Shown one piece after another: positions 8,526-19,768 of a stretch of 20,000 nt of DNA (positions within the stretch are counted from its first letter, which is position 1; every line of letters starts with the position of its first letter). The translations under genes were made by a program, and so were the position numbers. The stretch comes from Seison nebaliae (Eukaryota), in the NCBI GenBank assembly GCA_023231475.1, contig JALJEE010003220.1, forward strand, positions 47,785 to 67,784. The letters are read 5' to 3'. The notes beneath the pieces are model-generated. The model did no database searches. It saw only the letters and a program-made list of their open reading frames with translations, and was not told the origin of the DNA.

Positions 8526-11500
8526 TTAAGAATATTTCATTATCTTTTTCAATTGTTTCCCCTTTTTCCTTCGCAAATGACTAATTATCTTTCTCTTGAT
8601 CACTTTACCCGGATTGAGTATCATACTGCGCCTCTTCTTCGTTCGCCGAACTTTCCGCCGAACAGCCATTTGTCTCCATAATTTCGTTTTGACATCAGTG
8701 AAGAGTGGATCTCCACAAATCTTCTTCAAACGTTTCAAATAAACATCCGACCACTCGTCAACTTTTTGAACTTCTTTTGTGTTAATTTTCGAGTTGATAT
8801 TCAACTGATTATCTTTTTTCAATTAAAATTTAAAACATTTGAAATTAATAAATTAACTTTTATGTCGTAGAACTGGTTCCATTAGATTCGGTAACCAATT
8901 GCGTATATGATTTGCGTTAGACCTCTCAAGAAATATGGAAAGTGATTTGAACACGATCATTCTCTATAATTGAATGAATGAAAAATTGGAATGAGAGATA
9001 AATAGAAAAAACTTTTGTAAAAATTGTTGGTTCATTTGCCATTTCTGCAATCACTACGCTTTGGAGATTGTTGAATAATTGTAAGATTTTCTTCTTCCAA
9101 TATGTCAATTTTAATTTTTCTTGTTCTGGTAAGAAATGTTGATCGTTATAAATTAAGAGTAAAGTAGCAGAGAGTGTCATGACATTATTCGTAAATGTTT
9201 CTGACTTTAAATTATAAGACAATTGTCGGAATAGAAACTTCTCAACAATCATCAAATTCCAATCTTTTTCCAATAAATTATTTCCGATTAATTTCAATAA
9301 AATTTCCGTTATTCGACATCGTATTATTTCCGATGAATGTTCCATTATCAAATCATGATTGAATAACCAATGAATAATTCCATTCTTCTTTTCTTCAATC
9401 TCTTTTGAATTGATAATTGAATAAGAAATAATTGCCGATACATTTTCAAGTACTTGTTCCACTAATTTCCACAGTTGATTATTTAATAATGTTTGATGGA
9501 ATTGAATGAAGAATTGATGGATATGATCGATTATACTTTCATAATTGGTACAACTGATGTTATTCAACGAATCGTATTCGGCTTGATTCCCCTTTGTTTT
9601 CTCTCCCAATTTCATCATTTGATCATTCCAATAACGGAGAATGATTGAAAGCAAATAAAATCCACAACAATTATGATCAATATTTTTTGAGGAAATTTTC
9701 TTTTCCAAATTACCCGTAATCATTGCGATAGAAAAGTTATAAATGATGAGGAGTTGATTCCGATCTTCGAATAACACCAAATATTTATTCAACAAATGTG
9801 TCGCCTGATATTTCAGTTTGTCATTCTCATAATCATTCACCACTCGAATAGCGATAGTAAGAAAAGTCATTTTCATGTTCTGTCTCAACCAAGAACTACT
9901 TCGATTATTTTCTTTCTCCAATATCAAATTCATCATCGTCAATCCATTGAGTGAAAGTGAAACATTTCGATCTTCAATACAAATTAATAATTTTAACCAA
10001 ATTGTTCGTTTCTTCTTAATGTTGACTTGTTGGAAATAGAGTTTAAAAACTTTTTTGGCGATTCGTCTTATCTTGTCTTCGGGAGCAAATAAAGCAATTT
10101 GTTGAACATTCGACTCTACCATTTGTTCGATTTGTTGAAGAATGTCATCCGATGTTGTCGTATCATCAATAGATGAATTTTTCGAGAATAATCGATATAA
10201 ATCATTTTCTCCTTTTAACAATATCGATAAGAATTTCAATATTGATTGAGTAGCTATCGATTTGAGGAGACAATGTTGACAATGTAAAGTTAAAATAGAT
10301 AATTGATTTTTCGTAATAATCAAATTATTTCCTTGATTTCTAATTAAATTAGAAGCGAAAATAAAGACTTGTGAACGGAAATTAATTTGTAAATCTCTCA
10401 CTCCTCCACTCTCATCCACTACTAACGACGTCTTATCAAAAATGACGAGTAAACGTTCTAGCAGTATTTTCCGATCCATCTCCGCCAATTCTAAATTGAA
10501 AGAAATTAAAATATTGATGATTTGAATGAAAATTATTGATAATGATTCGTTTTTGTTCTTGAGAATTTCCTCTTTACAAATAAGATAAATGTCTCTCATC
10601 AACAATTCACTATCATTTCCTAAATTCGTCGATGATGATTTGCGGAGAATTTGTAAAATTAAATCGAAGGAAAATTGAAGAATTTTCTCATCAATCTCCT
10701 GAAGATGTTTCGTTCGTTTTTTCAAAATCGATTTCAATTCCATCGTCTCACCATCTTCCAACAACAGACAAGATTTAGTGGACTGGTTTGTCGTCGTCCC
10801 ACAATTTTCATTTGAACTATTTTTCTCTTTAATCTCTTCATATTTGAATGAGAGATAAGCAAGAGCAAACTCGATTTTTTCATTTTTTTCCATTTTCTCA
10901 TTTCTCAATATTCCTTTACTAATCGCATTAAATATCCGTTTAATAATCGATTCTTCTCGTTTCTCTTTCAATTCATCCACAATTTTCGTCGCTGAAAATA
11001 TTTGATGTTTTTCCAAAACTATAAGAAATGATTGAAGGATTTGGAAGAGATTATTCATTTTATCTTCCTCCAATTTCTGCTGACCACCAGTTCCTGAATT
11101 TGAATTAAATAATGTCTTGTCTAATTGATTGTTCATATCGAGATCAGTTCTCTCAATCTCCTTCGATGGTTTCCATTGTGATTGATGAATTTTCTTCATC
11201 ATATCATCAATTAAACGAACAATAATTTCATTGATAATTCCAATTGTCTTGTCCATAATATTGATGGAAGAATGACGAATGGAAATACTCATCTCATCCA
11301 ACAACAACATGAGAGTGTGTCCTAAAACGATGAGTTGATTCCGTCCAGAATTAAGAGCGAAATTTAATTCGTTAATAATCATATGAAATATTAATGAATT
11401 CTTCATATATTTATTGACACGACAAAGAATATTTTGGGAGAGATGACGAACAGAACGATTTTTCGATTGGAGTAGATGACATAATTTCGATATGAAGATT

Positions 11501-14500
11501 GGTAATTCTCGTGAAACGATCGTCCATGGTAGTCGATCTAATAATTTCACGATGGAAATGACAATACTCATATTCACCATCAACTTATTCTCCTTGTCAT
11601 TGAAGAGTGAGATCTGCAATTTAGGAATGAGTTGTTGTATGATATATTCATAAATGTTGCGACTGTCATTCTCATTCATTCTCTGCCAATTAGACGGAAA
11701 TTCTGGCCATTCTTCTGATTCATCAGCCAATTTTATATTGAAGTGGAAGGCGTCGATGATGGAAGAGAAAATTCGGATTTCAATTGAAGTAATTCTACGA
11801 TGTCTTTTCTCCAGATAATGAATGATATTTGTAAGAAGGACATGATATGATTCCCATGACATTTGTTCGACAATTATCGTTAATAGATTGAGAGAACGAT
11901 CAATAATTAATGAATGATGATTCTTTAACTTCTCCAATTTTTTCATATGCTTCCTTAATCGTTCGTCTTCCATTTTCTTCTCTAAAACTAGTCGATCGAT
12001 ATTATCTTGAAGAATGAAATTAATAAACGGAATAAAGAATGATGTGATCGTCTCATAATATTCTTTCTTCTTTCCATTCTCTTTCAAATAATCTCCAATT
12101 ATCGTTAATGTGTGAGCTGAAACTGTCTCCTGATTATCACTCATTAATTCAAAGATGTTTCGTTCCAATTTCTTCTCATCATTCAAATATTGGAAAACTT
12201 CCAATTTGACAATGCCTCGAACATTCTCAATCATTTCGGAGAAAAGTTTTATAATATCTCTTCTTAATCGTTCATCTGGTGAATTGAGGAGATGAATCAA
12301 TTCTTTGAACATCCAATTTTTCATTTCTTCTTCTGATTCATCTCTATGTCTGTTGAAGAGTGTGACGATGGAGAGAATCGAACCATCAACAATGGCCATA
12401 TCTGAATTGTTCACAATTGTATTCAATAAATTCCCAAAAATTATTGGGAGATGTGACGAATGTGAAATAGAATCATTATTCAAACTTTTCATAATTTGTA
12501 ATCGATTCTCGAAATCGATAATATCGATCTGTTTCGTTGATTGTGCATTCAAATTTTTAACTATATCAATCAAATTGGAACTGAATGGAATTTGAGAAGA
12601 GATTCGTTCATTCGAAAAAAATAATTGGAATATTTCAACGAGTAATAATCGATTTTCTCGATTATCGATACGGAGGAACATGACGGCGAAACATTTCATA
12701 CAATTCAATCGATTCCATTCATATTCTGGAAATTTGATAAAAATTAATTTGAAATTCCTCAAAATATTTTTCTCCAATTGTCCGTTGAAGATGAGAAGTG
12801 AATCATTTCCATTAATTTCCATCATACTCCCAATTAGACATCGATTAAATCGAATACAATTCATCCAATAATCTAAAAGACAATTGAGAATTCTTATCGA
12901 TTCATTTTCTCCAATCACATTTTCATTTGAAAGAAATTTTAAATAAATTTGAAAGAGGATATGAAGATTCTTCCGATCAGTATCGAATTTGGAAAAATTG
13001 TCGAGACTAAAACTGATAAATTGTCGAATCTCTTCCATATAAATTGGAGTTAACAAATCCATAAACGATCTATCATCTAATGTTTTTAACAGAATTTTCA
13101 AGACGAAAGTAAAAACTGTTGGACGAATATTTTGATGTTGAATCAGTTTTAAGAGAATCATAAAAATTGAAGAATTCTTTTCATTCTTTTCTAACAATAA
13201 ATTTATATATTTCTTCTCATCACACCAATAATCGATCAATCGACAAAATTGAGTAATAATCAGAAGATTATCATCAATAAACGTTTCCATTCGAACAAGT
13301 AGTCCTTTGTGAATCATTTCTAATATTGATTTATCATTTTCGATTGAAGAAGAAGATAATGTTGAATATCTGAAAATTCTCTCCCAAATTTCCATAAGAT
13401 TCTTCCGAATTGTTTTCACCAATTGTAATTCGGATGATTCAATCGAATTCTTTCCATTACGAAATAATTCGATATGATTGGAAATTGATGCAACAAATGA
13501 GAGGATGATCATCAGGAAATTCTTTTGGGATAAATCACCAAAAACTTTTGTGAATAAATTGAGAATTGCAATGAATCCTCTTAAATTTTTCCATTTTCTC
13601 CATCGTTCCTTTTCCCTCAAATTATCGTTAGACAATACGATAAATTGTTCATCTAAACATCCTTCCAAATAAAATAACATTCTTTCTTGAAGAATCAATT
13701 TGAAATATAATTTTATTTCTTCTTTCTCACAATCTAAGAGTGAAGTCAAAATACTCTTTTGACGAGAGAAAATGGAATCACGTGAACCAGCTGAATGTTT
13801 CCACGATTTCTGATAGATTTTTCCACATAATACTCGAATTAGAATTGGGAGAATAATAGAACGATGTTGACAATTGAACGTTTCTTCAATTTCATCAATT
13901 CTATTATTTGTCGTTGTTTCCTCTCGTTTCAATCGGAGGAAAGTTAAAGTTTTTAAAAAATCTTCTTTCCTTATCAGTTGGAAGAATGTTTCTTCATATA
14001 ATTTTAATATTGCTCGTTCTTCTTCATCCATTATTATCGTCAACATTTTGTATGATAACTTTTGAATAATCTCATCATTCTCCATTAAACATCGTAATAT
14101 AATTTTTTGAAATTCTTTATGAATATCTTCGTCCATCGTCAATTTTCGTTCATTCTTTTTTAGAAAGCCAATAAATAATTGAAGCCATTCGATGATTATC
14201 TTCTTCGAACTCTTCTTTCCATCATCTTTCTTCTTCTTTTTCATCTCTTTCATTTTTCTCATATTCTCTTTTTGAGCAATTTCATTGTTCTCCATTTCCT
14301 TATTATTATTCTCGTTTTCTCGATCATCATCATCATCTACATCTTCCTCATCATCTTCTTCAATTACCCAATTTATTCTTTTATAATGTTGATAGGATTG
14401 AGAGAAAATTTGAAATAGTTTTTTGAACATTTTAGAGAGATCTCTAAATTCCGTATCGAAGAAATAATCCACATCTTTCATGATCAATCTGGTTAATATT

Positions 14501-17145
14501 TCCCATTTTAATTTGGGTGTAATCTCTATCCAACCATCGTTCTCCTTCCTCAAACTCCATTGATCACTTGATGGACGGTCAATAGATGATATGGAACGAT
14601 AACATAATTTATAAAATCCTTCAATTTCTTCCTCATTTCCATCATTTTCAATTGTCCTCCTATTCATTTGATAAGATACATCTGTCAATTCACTAAGAAT
14701 CAATTCAGAAACATAAAATTTCAAATTTTTATTTCTCCGAATGTCCTGTAGAGCTGAAATAAATTCAGTGATGGAATATTCAACGAATAATTCGAAATTT
14801 GTCATCATAACTCCAAAGATATAGTTAACAAAAGGAAATTCATAACACAAAGCGTTTTTGAAATGACGAAGTATCTCTTTGAAATGGAATTGTTTTTCAC
14901 GATAATTTTGAATTGTGAAATTATTCAACTTTTCAAATTTCACACAATTCTCAAAAAGTGCAGTAAGTTTAAAAATATTATTATGCACGAGAAATAACAG
15001 GGAAAGTGCTTGTCGTCGAACTCGTTGTTGTGGCGAACGGAGAAATTGATTGAACGGTTCAAAGGTTATTTGGTATAAATGGAGGAATTTGCAGACATTT
15101 GTAAAATGTTGTGTAATTTCTCTTTTTAATTTTCCTCGTTTCAGTTTCTCTAAATCTTCTTTCGATTCGAACATCATTCCAATGAGTTGTATAAACAAAA
15201 ATATAATATCAATCACTATAACGAACTTCTCATTTGTCAATTGTGAAATGTTGTTGATTATTTCTCGCAATTTCACCCCAAACTCAGTGAGATGATAAGG
15301 AAATTTATATAATGAATTTGCAGATTTCATATAAAATTCATGGAAATTATTCTCGGAGGAATGATCAATCCGTTGGAAATAAATTTTCATCAGAATTAGT
15401 AATCGATAAATTAAATGGAAATTGATATTATCATCGTGAATTTTGAGAGAAAGTATTCCTCCAATTTTCATTAGAATTTGAGCATCATTTAAAGAAAATA
15501 TTTGATGTTCATACTCTCCAAATGAGAGAACGGAAGCTAATTGAAATAATTGGACGTCATTCGTTTTCTCAGAAAATGCATTTGACAGTTCGTATAATGA
15601 ATTTCGTTGAATTGGTAATGACAATTCTTTAACTTTCTTCTCATAATAATTCCACATAAGTTCCATAATATTTCCTTCATTATTGGCATGTTCGATGAAA
15701 TCAGATCGATCAAATAACAATTGACGTGATTGGAAAGGTAAAGTAAAGAAATTCAATGAATCCAAACAAATTTCCGAATTATATTTTCGAAGAAATTGTC
15801 GATATCGTTCAGGATGATGATAATAATAAAATTGTTCCAATATCTTCCCATCAATATAAGTGAAAACTAAATTTTCTGTTTGTTCATCTACTCGAATATT
15901 TTCACTTTTACAGATTAAATAAAATAGATAAATGTCTTTCTTCTCAACAAACCGTTCCCAAAGATTCGTATGAAGATGATAAAAAGCGTTATATGATGGT
16001 GATGTGACATGAGAATTGAGAAGGAGAATATGAAATAAAAAGAATAATAATTCATCATTAGATGATTGAAGTGTTTGAAAAATCTTTTCAATCTTTTCAT
16101 ATTGAAGACGAGTTAAATTGCCTTTCGATTTCGTTGTGGCCGTTAATCGAACAACAATTATTAATGAATGTATCAAACCATAATTATTACCATCATTCTC
16201 ATCATCACATAAATGTTTGGTAATTTCATTTAAAATTTTATCAGTCATCAATTCTAATTCATCAAACATTCTCCTCTCTACTAAATAACGTCGAAGATTC
16301 GATGAAAATTCCATCATTAATGATTTGGAATATTCTTTAAAATTATTTCCATTCGCAAATAATTGAGATATGATCATCGATAATAAATTATCCCATTCTA
16401 AATTGAGTTTATCGTTAATTTTATCTTTCATCATTTCCGTTAAAATTATCGATTTCACTAAAACATTCTGTGAGAGAGAATCCGATTCATCATATGTTGT
16501 CAACATCATCATAATTTGTTGAGGTTCATTCGATTTTTTAAAGATGAAAGAAATCGTTTCACTAAAGAATCGTTTTATTTCTCGATTATTATTCATGAGA
16601 ATGAAAGTGGAGAAAAGACGATAAACATCCTTCCAATGACCAACGAGATAACGCCATAAATATTTGACGGAGAGTGCGAACATTTCGATCAGACATTCCA
16701 GACAATCACTCTTCCCCAAAAATTCTTTCAACAATTTCCCCAATCTGGGAACGACAGTTGTCAAATAATCCTTCAAATATTCTTTCCCCAAATCTCGACA
16801 CATCATCACGATAATCATTGTGTAAGGTCTCATTTGATATGAATCCTGAGAAGAGCCAATTGAACCAAAACATTCTTTAGTCAACGTTTTTTGTACATAT
16901 AACAAACTCTTCAAATTATCAGTGTTTCGAGCGAAACGATGATGGAACTTCTTAAACTCATCTCCTAACACCACAAATTGTTGTTGGGAGAACCATTCAC
17001 TTGTAAATGTTTCATGGCTACTCGGTTTCTCTACATTAATTTGATCTTCGTTAACACTCTTTTCACTCCAATGTGAAATATCACCAGAAATCTTTGACAA
17101 TTTCTCTGGTAACGAAATAAAACTATATTTATTCTTCCTCTTCAT
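8526..17145 (-). CDS. UTP20: Small-subunit processome component UTP20 (DRIM), about 2841 aa HEAT-repeat protein, 3 exons (17145-9013, 8963-8858, 8812-8526)
   Basis: N-terminal KYSFISLPEKLSKISGDISH, MMCRDLGKEY, VKYLWRYLV, EIKRFFSETISFIFKK; internal TIQNYREK, HRSIILPILIRVLCGKI, IDFENRL, VLGHTL. Introns 8964-9012 (49 nt) and 8813-8857 (45 nt) yield FTK|RMIVFK...PVLRH...LKKICGD...RRKVRRTKK...ILNPGKVIKRKI, the typical basic UTP20 C-terminus; total size matches the family. Confidence 0.92.
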
Positions 17146-17354
17146 TTACCACGATTTTTATTCTTTTCAGCTAAATAATTAAATTATTCAATTTTATAAG
17201 TTTCTAAATTAATGTATCGTTCGTAATTGTAAGGGCAGTAAGAAGGCAAAAACAAGTTCTTATGCTTAATAGCAACTTCTTCAAATAAGAGAAACAGGTT
17301 ATTTTGGAAATTAATTAGAATTATTTATTGGTTAGAATTTCCGTTAATTAGGTT

Positions 17355-17691
17355 AATTAGAATAATCTGCTGTTTTCATAGATGCAACCTTTCACTTCTA
17401 TTCGTTGTAATACATTTCTTACCACATCTTACCCGATACCGTCATATTTTTTCATTTATTGATAAATTTAAAAATTCAGATTTACTCGTCAGTCATCCTT
17501 CTACTATCGACCCTTTTCACATCCATTCCGTTTTCACATACACGATTCAGTTATCTGGAAACATTTCCCTTACCGATTTCCAATATTTTATTTCCACTTT
17601 TACCTTACTCGAAATCGACCGCGATTCAATCGATCAGTTACGATTTTTTATTGACACCGAGGAAGACAATAATTTTTTCTCCGGTTTTTAA
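17355..17691 (+). mobile_element. LINE ORF2 C-terminal fragment (not in the ORF track; no start codon)
   Basis: Stop-free frame IRIICCFHRCNLSLLFVVIHFLPHLTRYRHIFSFIDKFKNSDLLVSHPSTIDPFHIHSVFTYTIQLSGNISLTDFQYFISTFTLLEIDRDSIDQLRFFIDTEEDNNFFSGF* is homologous to both the 5750-6016 and the 19128-19500 frames. Confidence 0.75.
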
Positions 17692-17784
17692 TGTTCGAAC
17701 CTAACATCGAAGATTCGAATGAGGTTTTTTATTTATCTACTGTGTAAATTCTATAACAATGAATATGAAGATAATATGAAAATT

Positions 17785-17913
17785 CCTTTTCGTTTGTGAC
17801 CAGAACCTGGATGGATCGTTGTTTAAGATTATATTCTGATAATTATTCTTTTCCCTCTTTTTAACGAGATCTTCCACGGCAGTTTTAAACTTCTTTATTG
17901 CAACTTTTTCCAT
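17785..17913 (-). mobile_element. LINE ORF2 endonuclease-RT linker fragment
   Basis: KKFKTAVEDLVKKREKNNYQNIILNNDPSRFWSQTKR resembles the 'I..AK..Y...I..N..DP..FW..VK' linker of non-LTR ORF2. Confidence 0.5.
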
Positions 17914-18349
17914 CCGATACGAAACTTCAACGTAATAATAAGAATGCCATATCATCAATAGAACGATTCCCATAATTTATTTCATTCTTGTTGATGTTGA
18001 ATAGTGTACAAGTTGAGTATTTTTCTATTTTTACCAGTAATATGATCATTATTTCGATATTCGCTTTTGGATGATCTAAGTATTTATGAAGTGTATTTAC
18101 CTATAGGTTCTAATAAGTAACAGTTGTAAGTAAAATTATCCACTCTTTTGAAGCTCACTTGTCATTAAAATTTTGAAAATTTATTTTATTAGAAATTTAA
18201 TAGATTCTTATTATTATTGATAATAGGTGATTTAATTATATATTAATATTGAATTGTCTGATAATTTGATGGTTACTTTAGTGTTTGATAAAAGATATTT
18301 GTGGTCAGAATTCGGTTATTATAAATAATTAATTTCAAAATTAAAACCT

Positions 18350-18715
18350 TTATTGACGTTTTCGCATGCTAGCAACACCTATACCGATACCAATTGCTGC
18401 AGCACCAATGGCTAACCCAAATAATGTTTGTCCTAATGTTGATGTAGTTTCTGGTTCACGTAATCTCTCTGGTAACTGAGCATTTGCTCGTTCTTCTGCT
18501 CGTGCTGCTTCTGCTCGTGCTGCTCGTGCTGCTGCTGCTCGTGGTGCTGCTGCTCGGACACATGAAGGACATTTTTCGGTATTTGAGTCCTGATATGTTT
18601 GTAAACAAGACGTATGGAATGAATGATTACACCGTAGATTAGTTGTTGGTTCATTCGCTCCCGGTGATATCTCTAGATCACCTTCACAAAGCATACATTT
18701 ATCTTGACTATTCAT
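18350..18715 (-). CDS. Small RING-H2 finger protein with Ala/Arg-rich linker and C-terminal tail anchor, 121 aa, intronless
   Basis: CMLC...CNHSFHTSC...CPSC (C3H2C3); C-terminal hydrophobic LFGLAIGAAAIGIGIGVASM followed by RKRQ*. Confidence 0.85.
   Translation of the reverse strand: MNSQDKCMLCEGDLEISPGANEPTTNLRCNHSFHTSCLQTYQDSNTEKCPSCVRAAAPRAAAARAARAEAARAEERANAQLPERLREPETTSTLGQTLFGLAIGAAAIGIGIGVASMRKRQ
18485..18556. repeat. Coding minisatellite of TGCTCGT(GC) units mixed with (TGC)n
   Basis: About six tgctcg units encoding RAAAPRAAAARAARAEAARAEERA on the minus strand. Confidence 0.85.
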
Positions 18716-19030
18716 TGGATTTCAAAGAATTATTATTTTAATACTAAAACTGAGTAGTTATATTTCAATCATTTTAAATAACTGAAATGAAATGAGTTAA
18801 ATTCGACTAATATGCTGTCACATCATCAAGGTTATCAAGGAGTTAGTTTACTTATCTCTCGTTTTTAGTCAAAGGATTAAACATGTTTACGTTATATATT
18901 TTTAACCTTATGAAGTTTTGCTTAATTCAATTTATTTACATTGATCATTTTTTTTTCTCGATTGAAGTTTGTCGTAGAAAAATTGGTTATGTGACCATTC
19001 GACTACTCTTGACGATCGATAGAAATTAAT

Positions 19031-19058
19031 TTTATTTATTTATTTATTTATTTATTTA
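19031..19058 (-). repeat. (TAAA)7 microsatellite, 3' tail of the LINE
   Basis: (TTTA)7 on the plus strand directly after the LINE 3' UTR. Confidence 0.93.
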
Positions 19059-19768
19059 AGAGAAAAGAGAGAAAAAAGGGGAAGAGGAAAAATTGAAAAA
19101 ATCTGTAAATTCCCATACAGGGACAATTTAAACGGCACTCTCGAGAAGAGTTCTCAGAGCGCTTGATTGATTAGTTTCGATCAGGGTCTTGGCAGAATTT
19201 AGGGTGGGTACCTGTTCATCACGTAACCGAGACACTGATGAGAACGAGAAGATGAACTCACGAAATTCAGTTGATAGGGGGTGAGTGGTTTAACGAATAG
19301 TACGCAATGGTGTGAGAGAAGATGGAATGATTCGACGTAATACAGCGTTGAAGGAAAGATGAGATGTCGGGGAAGAATCCCGACGACGAAAAGTTGTCTA
19401 GGACGCGGAAAATGCGTAGACAATATAGAATAGGAAATGGAGGAATATCGGTGACTGCGAAGATAAGATTACGATTAATTCTTCGGAAGCAGCCAATAGT
19501 TCGACGGACGATGTTGTTGTACGTTCGGTCCATTCTGAGGAATGAGCCTTTGGAGACTAATATTAGTGAGTCGAGTCCATATAATGGGAGGACAAGTGAA
19601 GAGAAAACTCGAATTCGGATTGAGAGTGGAACATACTTCGATCGTGTTGCGAATGAGAATGAAGCACGGACAAATTTATTTCGAATGTGATCGAGTGAAG
19701 CGGATGCTACCATTTTGGAATCGAGAAGAACTCCTAGGAACGTATGATTTGGAGCAGGAGAAAAATGA
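19031..19768 (-). mobile_element. 5'-truncated non-LTR retrotransposon (LINE): RT thumb, C-terminal domain, 3' UTR and (TAAA)7 tail
   Basis: HTFLGVLLDSKM (post-RT YLGV.LD motif, upstream of the called ORF), IRIRVFSSLVLPLYG, VRRTIGCFRR..LIFAVTDIPPF; one frameshift at the G5 run 19277-19281, then open to TAA at 19128; pyrimidine-rich 3' UTR and microsatellite tail. Confidence 0.88.

Noticed and set aside
12305..16100. Short ORFs inside UTP20 (antisense and alternate frame)
   Set aside because: Shadows of the long coding frame.
18485..18556. CRISPR-like array
   Set aside because: Units are 9-15 bp with no unique spacers, are protein-coding, and lie in a eukaryotic context.
18433..18654. Q/H/E-rich alternative-frame ORF
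   Set aside because: Frame-shifted reading of the minisatellite in the RING gene; the RING frame carries the conserved motif.
19277..19281. Programmed frameshift in the LINE C-terminus
   Set aside because: A single extra base in a homopolymer of a truncated copy; the two paralogous copies are in frame here, so mutation or sequencing error is more likely.
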